Assembly (NCBI GenBank): GCA_036491195.1
Contig: DASXCL010000055.1
Span: forward strand, 23,994 to 87,993
Source: Candidatus Angelobacter sp.
Lineage (GTDB): Bacteria; Acidobacteriota; Terriglobia; Terriglobales; Acidobacteriaceae
Length of the DNA stretch: 64,000 nucleotides
Reading direction: 5' to 3'
The position numbers and the translations under genes are program-made. This document shows positions 19,426 through 26,148 of this stretch, one piece after another. Under the pieces are notes generated by a model that did no database searches, was not told the origin of the DNA, and worked only from the letters and a program-made list of their open reading frames with translations. Each line of letters begins with the position of its first letter. Position 1 is the first letter of the stretch.

Positions 19426-20475
19426 ATGAGTTCATTTAGCTGGATTCACTTGTGCGATTTGCATTTTGGACTAACTGGCCAACGTCCTCTGTGGACGAAC
19501 GTCAGGAAAGTTTTATTTGATGATCTCAGAGCGCTGCATGAGCGGTCAGGGCCGTGGCATGCCGTACTGTTCACCGGCGATCTCGCTCAGTCCGGAAAGC
19601 CGGAAGAGTTCGCGGGACTAGATGAACAAGTCCTAGGCCCTCTCTGGGAAATGATGCGTGAACTCGGATCGGAGAATGTTGTTCTCGTGCCTGTTCCGGG
19701 CAATCATGATCTCATCCGACCTGACACCAAGAAGCCGAAAGCCGCTTTACGACAGCTTTTCCGGGAAGGAGGATTCCACGAGATTGAGGAAGAATTCTGG
19801 ACTGATCCAGCCTGCGAATATCGTGAGATCGTAACTACGGCATTTGCGAATTATGACCAATGGTACGAAAGATCGCCCTTTTGCAAAAAGCACGGGTTAC
19901 AACGCGGGATTCTTCCAGGCGATATCGCTCTCAGCTTAGAGATTCCAGATGCGGTTCCTAAGTCGTCGCCGAAAAAGATAGGAATAGTGGGGATGAATAC
20001 GACGTTTCTTCAGTTAGCTCAAGGCGACTATGTAGGACGCCTCGCTTGGGATCTAAGGCAGATTCATTCTGCCTGTGGTGATGACCTAGCCGAATGGGTT
20101 CAAGCGCACGATGCTTGCGTATTACTAACCCATCACGGCCCCGACTGGCTTGATTCGCGGTCGCGCAGCGATATTTACCCTGAAATAAATCCGGCCGGCA
20201 GGTTCGCGGTACATCTTTTTGGGCATATGCATGCCAATGTGATGAGATCGACGTCGGCTGGCGGCGGACCGGTACTGCGCTACTGGCAAGGCGCTTCGAT
20301 ATTCGGATTGGAAAAATTCGGTGAGCCCCCGTCCATCGATAGACGACACGGATATACGATCGGTCGCATAGAGAGTTTGGAGCGAGCGGACCAACTCTCC
20401 GCCAATGGCCCCGACTCGCTATCAAGGACGCTAATGGGTGGAGGTTCGAGCGCGACACAGAACACTGCGTCCTAG
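19426..20475 (+). CDS. calcineurin-like metallophosphoesterase (candidate effector of the downstream NACHT protein; possibly its frameshifted N-terminus)
   Basis: 349 aa. RBS gagga is 8 nt upstream. Full MPE motif set in order: IHLCDLHFG (DxH), FTGDLAQSG (GD), VPGNHD (GNHD), LLTHHGP (H), LFGHMH (GH.H). Lies in the lower-GC islet. Confidence 0.8.
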   Translation: MSSFSWIHLCDLHFGLTGQRPLWTNVRKVLFDDLRALHERSGPWHAVLFTGDLAQSGKPEEFAGLDEQVLGPLWEMMRELGSENVVLVPVPGNHDLIRPDTKKPKAALRQLFREGGFHEIEEEFWTDPACEYREIVTTAFANYDQWYERSPFCKKHGLQRGILPGDIALSLEIPDAVPKSSPKKIGIVGMNTTFLQLAQGDYVGRLAWDLRQIHSACGDDLAEWVQAHDACVLLTHHGPDWLDSRSRSDIYPEINPAGRFAVHLFGHMHANVMRSTSAGGGPVLRYWQGASIFGLEKFGEPPSIDRRHGYTIGRIESLERADQLSANGPDSLSRTLMGGGSSATQNTAS

Positions 20476-20510
20476 ACGAACGGGACGGAGGTACCTATCC
20501 CGAGCCTTTA

Positions 20511-22928
20511 TTGGTTGCGCCAGGTGGGCAAGTCCACAGCGAACCTTCATCGCACACAAGGGCTCGTCGATCGACTTCCAACCGAGAACATCTCGTCGGT
20601 TCAGATTTGCCGCACAAGTTCGGTTGGCCTCACACACAACCCGAGTTCACAAAATTCTGTGATGCAGTTTCAAGCGCCCACAACCACATAAGGTTTGTTG
20701 AGATCCCATTTCTTAAAGATATGTCGGATGTCGAGCTGGATAATCTCTATGTTGAACCGCGTTTTAGCGCACAAGAGATTCATCCCGACACCCCACTATT
20801 CCGCTGGCCTAGCTGCTTTCAGCCGATTGATGCGATTCGCCAGAGCTCTCGGCTCGTGCTGCTGGGGGACCCGGGGTCCGGGAAATCCACCTTAGTTAGT
20901 TGTCTTGCTTGGCAGTTGTGTCGTCAGCATCCGAATCTGAGCAGCCCATGGGCAAAACACTTCGGCGGCCTGCTGCCACTGCCAATGATTCTAAGAGAGT
21001 TGCATCTGAAAGCGGATCTAACGTGGGAAGGCCTATTAGATGCTTTTCTTGAGCATCGCATTGGACGACTTTTGGGGACGCGAAAACATATCGAGGCTTT
21101 ATTAAAAGAAGGAAGAGCAATCATCTTACTCGACGGATTAGATGAGGTCGGCAACCTCAGCATCCGGCGTAAACTGCGCGACGCAGTGCATGCAGGAATG
21201 AGTGCATATCCGCTAAGTAGCTGGCTTCTGACGTCGCGCGTCGTAGGATACGAGCAAGTCCCTTTTCACATCAAAATCGAAACCGTTTCGGCGCGTTCAA
21301 ACGCTAGCGCTGAAGTTGTAGGACATACAAATCGAACCAAGAAGCTTAGGACATCAATGGCCGGGCTAAATTATATGGCACCGTTCAATGATCAGCAGAT
21401 ACGCACATTTGCCGTTAACTGGTATACGCAACATGAAAAAGACGAGGGAATGGTCCAAACAAAAGCGCAGGATTTTATTAATGCAATACGGGAAAATGAA
21501 GGTACCCAGCGCCTTGGCAGGATTCCTTACTTGCTTACCTTGATGTCGCTAATACATCACAAGAATGCCACGCTGCCACATGGCCGAACTGAGCTCTATG
21601 AGAGAATTGCGACAGCATATCTAGAATCCATCGATCTACGACGGCAGCTGAATCAGCTACCATACTCACTTGCACAAAAGAAACGATGGCTAGCCGCTGT
21701 CGCATATCGTATGCAACTGCGTCGTTCGGTTAAGGGCACGCAATCCCCGCGAGGAGATATTCTGGTCGCCCGTTCCCAAGTTCAGCAGTGGCTTCGCGCT
21801 GCGATGTCTGACTCGGGCGCCAAAGACTCTCGGACTGAATCTGACGTCCTTCTTACCTATTTTGCCCAACGCAGCGGTCTACTTTTGCCGCGAGCAGAGG
21901 GTAAATTCGCTTTCATGCATTTGTCACTTCAGGAGTATTTTGCGGCTTGCTTTTTAGAGCCCCGCCTGACCGCATCAAGATTTGGCTCGGACAATAAAAG
22001 GCTTGAGCCCTCTAACGAACAATTGCGATCATGGGCAAATTCGGAGATATGGACTGAAACCTTCGTCCTCTTGTTTGAGTTGCTTTCCGAAAAGTCTGTG
22101 GACGAGACAGAGGCGCTCCTCGATTATCTTTTCAGCGGACGACTGAAACAAGACAAAACGGGAACAGCCCTAAGTGCAGCAGGTCTATTAGCGGAATTAG
22201 CCACCGATCCGTTCGTTTTGTTGAGCGCCGAAACCCGCAGGCTGATAAGGCAGCAATGTTGGCGCTGGGTTTTTTCGCAGCGTGAAGCATCACCTTCTAG
22301 GCGGTATTATAGCCCTAACTCTAATAAGGTTATTCGCACTTTGTTAAGGGAGCATGATGGGGATCTCCGAAAGAGTTGGTTAGCCTCGTCAATCGGCATG
22401 ACCGAGCTACGACGGTTGAAGCATCTGAACCTTAGCGGATGTTTGACGCTCGCCGACCTTGCTCCTCTTAGTAACCTTAGCAAGCTTAAGTCTCTTAACC
22501 TACAGGGATGTACATCTGTCACGAATCTACGACCCCTAAAGGGGTTAGGCAATCTTGAGGCTCTATTGTTGGATGGTTGCTCGAAAATAAATAATTTAGA
22601 ACCGCTGGGAGAAATGAACAAGTTAGAATTCCTCATTATTGGTGCACCTTGCAACTTTGCTCCCCTTGCTAACATGAAGTCTCTGAAATCCATCCACTTA
22701 CACTTTCAGGATGAAAAAGCTGAAGTTGACTTCTCGCCAATAGCGAACCTACCGCAGCTTACCCTTGTGTGTGTCCCCGGGCCGTTAAGGCTTGCGTCGA
22801 ACGGGCGGGAAATACTCCAGAGTGGGACTTCGCCTGGGGTTAGAAGATTGGTAAAACAGTTAGGACCGGAGGGATTATTGGGCGAACGTTATTACCGGGC
22901 GAAGCGTGCCCAACTACTCAAGCGATAA
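20511..22928 (+). CDS. NACHT-family STAND NTPase with C-terminal leucine-rich repeats (bacterial NLR-like)
   Basis: 805 aa from a TTG start; the frame is actually open from 20343. Walker A LLGDPGSGKST (~20866-20892), Walker B AIILLDGLDEV, LLTSR, FNDQQIRTFAVNWY and IPYLLTLMSLI all fit NACHT. The C-terminus (~22400-22760) has at least 5 tandem ~22-aa LRRs (LKHLNLSGCLTLADLAPLSNLS / KLKSLNLQGCTSVTNLRPLKGLG / NLEALLLDGCSKINNLEPLGEMN / KLEFLIIG...). Confidence 0.85.
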   Translation: MVAPGGQVHSEPSSHTRARRSTSNREHLVGSDLPHKFGWPHTQPEFTKFCDAVSSAHNHIRFVEIPFLKDMSDVELDNLYVEPRFSAQEIHPDTPLFRWPSCFQPIDAIRQSSRLVLLGDPGSGKSTLVSCLAWQLCRQHPNLSSPWAKHFGGLLPLPMILRELHLKADLTWEGLLDAFLEHRIGRLLGTRKHIEALLKEGRAIILLDGLDEVGNLSIRRKLRDAVHAGMSAYPLSSWLLTSRVVGYEQVPFHIKIETVSARSNASAEVVGHTNRTKKLRTSMAGLNYMAPFNDQQIRTFAVNWYTQHEKDEGMVQTKAQDFINAIRENEGTQRLGRIPYLLTLMSLIHHKNATLPHGRTELYERIATAYLESIDLRRQLNQLPYSLAQKKRWLAAVAYRMQLRRSVKGTQSPRGDILVARSQVQQWLRAAMSDSGAKDSRTESDVLLTYFAQRSGLLLPRAEGKFAFMHLSLQEYFAACFLEPRLTASRFGSDNKRLEPSNEQLRSWANSEIWTETFVLLFELLSEKSVDETEALLDYLFSGRLKQDKTGTALSAAGLLAELATDPFVLLSAETRRLIRQQCWRWVFSQREASPSRRYYSPNSNKVIRTLLREHDGDLRKSWLASSIGMTELRRLKHLNLSGCLTLADLAPLSNLSKLKSLNLQGCTSVTNLRPLKGLGNLEALLLDGCSKINNLEPLGEMNKLEFLIIGAPCNFAPLANMKSLKSIHLHFQDEKAEVDFSPIANLPQLTLVCVPGPLRLASNGREILQSGTSPGVRRLVKQLGPEGLLGERYYRAKRAQLLKR

Positions 22929-23024
22929 TAGCGAAATAGTCCAGCATTGCCGACTGTCCCAGCTGACACGAGAAAAGGGTTGATTCCCCTTGCAATAGCG
23001 AATAAAATACGACATAATGCAAAA

Positions 23025-23052
23025 GACTATTCGGCTAAGAGGCTGAATAGTC
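23025..23052 (+). terminator. hairpin downstream of the NACHT gene (possible terminator, no U-tract)
   Basis: gactattcggc-taagag-gctgaatagtc (one mismatch), 97 nt after the stop. No T-run follows. Confidence 0.3.
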
Positions 23053-23179
23053 CTGTCCGTCCAGGCGGAACGGCGAACGGTCTTTGAAAACTTAACGGCT
23101 AGCAACTGGCAACTGGCCGAAGCAGGGTATTTTGGTACGTGGTAGTTGGTATTTGGCAAGGATTGCGACCCTCTACCGA

Positions 23180-23261
23180 CTGGGATTGGGACTGGGACTA
23201 GGTCTGGGATTGGGTGACGCCTGGATCACCCAAGCGTCACGCCTGGATCACGCCTGGATCA
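23180..23261. repeat. short tandem repeats at the right edge of the low-GC islet
   Basis: Hexamer-like run ctgggattgggactgggactaggtctgggattggg (23180-23216), followed by three copies of cgcctggatca (23219, 23240, 23251). Confidence 0.7.
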
Positions 23262-23638
23262 CCCTTGGGTTGAATGGAACAAGTGCTTTGTTTGCAACAA
23301 AAGCGCAAAAATGGGGGGTGGGTAAGGAAGATCGGGTGATCCGCAAACCGATTTACTAGAGAGTAAATTTGGCGATCGGGCGAGCGAGAAAAAAGCAACG
23401 CGATTCGAGCTGGAGAAAACGAGAAAAAGGACGGTCGACAGCCTTTTGACTGTCTTATCGAATGGCAGTTTGGCCATTGTTTTCAACAAAAGCCTTACCC
23501 CCGGGTGGGGTAGGCCGAAAATGTTACTAGAAAGGCAACAAATCGATGTTAAAAAGCCGGGGGATTTTGGCCGCGGATTTGCGCGAATCAGCAATTCCCG
23601 GGATCGCCGAAATCGATATCGCCGAGAAACGGAAGTAC

Positions 23639-24022
23639 CTACATGCGTCTTGCCGGCGCCGGTCCCGGATCAAGGATCTCCGGCTCGGTCGTACGTTTGC
23701 GGTCGCGATCAATCATTTCCGGCTCGGGTGCGCTATTCAACTGGCGCGTGGCAAAGAACACTGCTGCGGTCCAGGTGGGGAAGAGGTCGAGTCCAGGGAC
23801 AAGCTCCGCGGCAAAGGTGGGCAGAAAGGCCCAGTGCCATCCCAGCAGCTTGATGAGGATTGCGCCGACGATTACGTCCAGCCCGGTATCCAGAGGCGAG
23901 AGGCCGCCTTCAGCAAACAGGGGCATGCCCACGATCTGGATGGCGTCGGCCAGGATAGCGACGAACCAAGCTTTGCGCTGCTCCGGCGATTTGATGGTCT
24001 TGAGAAAAGCGAAGTTAAACAT
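23639..24022 (-). CDS. small integral membrane protein, function unknown
   Basis: 127 aa with three convincing hydrophobic helices (WFVAILADAIQIVGMPLF, LDVIVGAILIKLLGWHWAFL, LFPTWTAAVFFA). Preferred over the overlapping plus-strand 213-aa ORF, which reads as low-quality sequence. Confidence 0.5.
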   Translation of the reverse strand: MFNFAFLKTIKSPEQRKAWFVAILADAIQIVGMPLFAEGGLSPLDTGLDVIVGAILIKLLGWHWAFLPTFAAELVPGLDLFPTWTAAVFFATRQLNSAPEPEMIDRDRKRTTEPEILDPGPAPARRM

Positions 24023-24239
24023 AAACCGTCTCTGCTAGCTAAAAGGATACACAGCCCTGGGCGCTTCAGAACGGGATTTTTGGCCCATGGCCTTTTGTTT
24101 TTTGCTTCGCGGCTGGCCTTGCAAAAAAATCTCACCACGGATGAACACGGACGAAGCGGATTTACCAATTCAAAATCGGCCTATTGAACTTTGTTGATCC
24201 GTGTAAATCAGTGTTATCAGTGTTATCTGTGGTAAGGTT

Positions 24240-25202
24240 TTATCCCGGTTGGATGCCCACAAGCGCCATCTGGCGTCCGGTTTTTCCGCTTTCCGCCCGA
24301 TGAGAGAAGAATTTCTGCGGCTGGCACACGGTACAGTCCTTGAGCGCAGTAATGTTGTTTTCGGGCACGCCTGCGGCCAGCAACTGGCGGCGATTGGCTT
24401 CTCGCAGGTCAAGATGCACCTTAATGCAAGGATCGCCATGGCCCGGCGCGCGCTGGTTCATGAACAGCATGGGATAGCGCTCCCGCACCGCGTCCGACTC
24501 CTGCACGCGGTGGAAAAGTTCAGCAGCATAGGGAAACTGCGTATGAAAAGCTTCTTCCACCTCTTCGCCAACTTCAAAAGAGCATTGCTGGATGCCGGGC
24601 CCGATCGCGGCATGAATATCTTCCGGACGCGAGCCGAATTCCAGCCGCATGATGCCAACGCCTTTTTCCACGATGCGCTTCACTGTCCCGCGCCATCCGG
24701 CATGGAACGCGCCCACGGCTTTCTTTCTTGTATCGACCAGCAGAATTGGAAAGCAGTCTGCGGTGAGGATGCCGAGCGCCACGCCGCGAAGATCGGTGAC
24801 CAGGCCGTCGCCAACAAGTGGGCCTTGTTTAAGCAAATCATGCTTAAGTAAATCCAGCTTGCGCGAGCGCACAACATGAATGATGTCGGAATGAATCTGC
24901 CGCACCGCTACCAGCGGCCACGGCTTGCCTTTGGTAGCAGCGCCGGCGGAAAGCAGCAGAGCTTCGCGGTTGCGTTCGACGCGGTCGCGAAGATCGTCTT
25001 TGGTAAAGCCCAGATTCAGCGTGTGGCCGCCGTAAGCTGTCGAGAGGCCGCGCGTCCGCATGCTGAATCCATGTACCAGCCACGGAATGCGGCTGAGATC
25101 GGCCGCGGTAAGCAGTTCCAGCCCGGCTGACGAAGTCGCTTTGGGTGATCCAGGCTTCGCTGATTGACGCTTAAGCGACCGACGTTGCGTGAGAGCTGCC
25201 AC
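24240..25202 (-). CDS. pgeF: peptidoglycan editing factor PgeF / YfiH (DUF152, laccase-domain) family
   Basis: WLVHGFSMR, RQIHSD, TADCFPILL, AFHAGWRGT and the C-terminal CTVC...FFSHRA are the family's hallmark motifs. The exact start is uncertain. Confidence 0.85.
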   Translation of the reverse strand: MAALTQRRSLKRQSAKPGSPKATSSAGLELLTAADLSRIPWLVHGFSMRTRGLSTAYGGHTLNLGFTKDDLRDRVERNREALLLSAGAATKGKPWPLVAVRQIHSDIIHVVRSRKLDLLKHDLLKQGPLVGDGLVTDLRGVALGILTADCFPILLVDTRKKAVGAFHAGWRGTVKRIVEKGVGIMRLEFGSRPEDIHAAIGPGIQQCSFEVGEEVEEAFHTQFPYAAELFHRVQESDAVRERYPMLFMNQRAPGHGDPCIKVHLDLREANRRQLLAAGVPENNITALKDCTVCQPQKFFSHRAESGKTGRQMALVGIQPG

Positions 25203-25329
25203 ACATCCATTCTAATCGGGAGCTTGCATAGGGACATGAATCGGAAAGGACGGCCGGCATGTCTTGGCGACGGCGACGCATTGCTCGCAAACAATCACAA
25301 GCGGTATCCTGCAAGTACAGCATTCGCCG

Positions 25330-26070
25330 ATGAAACATGATTCCCGCTTTCGCATAGCCACATACAACACTCACAAATGCCGCGGCATTGATGGGCGCAT
25401 ACGTCCGTCAAGAGTGGCTGAAGTGCTGAACGAACTTGAGGCCGATGTAATAGCTCTGCAGGAAGTTGTGAGCCTGAAGGGCGGACGCAAAGAGCAGAAC
25501 CAGGCGCAATTCCTGGCCGACGCCGCCGGCTATGAATACCGCATCGGTGAGACGCGCAAGCTGCGCGACGCAGTGTACGGCAACGTGGTGCTCAGCCGCT
25601 TTCCTGTTCGCGAAGTTCGCGTATATGACCTGACCGCCTCGCGCCGCGAGGCCCGTGGGTGCATCCGCTGCGACCTGGAAATTGCGCCGGGTAAAATCGT
25701 CCATGTATTCAATGTGCACCTGGGCACCGGATACCTTGAACGCCGCAAGCAGGCCCGGCTTTTGATGAGCCGCGAGGTGCTGCTTTCTCCGCAGCTGAAG
25801 CATCCGCGCCTGATTATCGGCGATTTCAACGAGTGGACGCGCGGCCTGGTCTCGAAAACAATGCAAAGTTCCTTTGAGAGCGTCGATATCCAGCTGCACC
25901 TTAACCGCAAGCGGACCTATCCGGGCGTGCTGCCCATCATGCATCTGGACCACATGTATTTTGACCGCGAGTTGGCGCTGGAAGAATTTTTGCTGCATCG
26001 GAGCCGCATGGCGCTGCTGGCTTCTGACCACCTGCCGCTGCTGGCGGAATTTCGTCTGGGCGGAAGGTAG
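25330..26070 (+). CDS. endonuclease/exonuclease/phosphatase (EEP) family protein
   Basis: I trimmed the start to MKHDSRFRIATYNTHKC. VIALQEV, FNVHLG, IGDFNEW and SDHLPL are classic EEP motifs. Confidence 0.8.
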   Translation: MKHDSRFRIATYNTHKCRGIDGRIRPSRVAEVLNELEADVIALQEVVSLKGGRKEQNQAQFLADAAGYEYRIGETRKLRDAVYGNVVLSRFPVREVRVYDLTASRREARGCIRCDLEIAPGKIVHVFNVHLGTGYLERRKQARLLMSREVLLSPQLKHPRLIIGDFNEWTRGLVSKTMQSSFESVDIQLHLNRKRTYPGVLPIMHLDHMYFDRELALEEFLLHRSRMALLASDHLPLLAEFRLGGR

Positions 26071-26148
26071 GTTTGCCGCTGACTTGCGCAGATTGCCGAG
26101 ATCAGAAACCACCTTACTGCGAAAGGTAATCTTGTTTTTGCCAACACC

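Noticed and set aside
23132-23359. 75-aa ORF reading GLGLGLGLG across the tandem repeats
   Set aside because: The ORF exists only because of the hexamer repeat. It has no RBS and no protein-like flanking sequence, so I treat it as non-coding repeat DNA.
23546-24187. 213-aa plus-strand ORF overlapping the 127-aa membrane protein gene
   Set aside because: The translation is Arg-rich and unstructured-looking and runs through intergenic repeat-like sequence. The minus-strand ORF has three clean TM helices and is the better model.
24128-24232. Possible dispersed short-repeat (REP-like) family sharing GCGGATYT cores. Occurrences: 23569-23625, 24128-24232, 26171-26212, 34531-34600. Also a ggcaat-type triple repeat at 121-162.
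   Set aside because: The shared core is only about 8 nt with a degenerate position. About 4 occurrences are expected by chance in 128 kb of two-strand sequence. The surrounding sequences are not clearly alignable by eye, so a family cannot be established without whole-genome repeat analysis.
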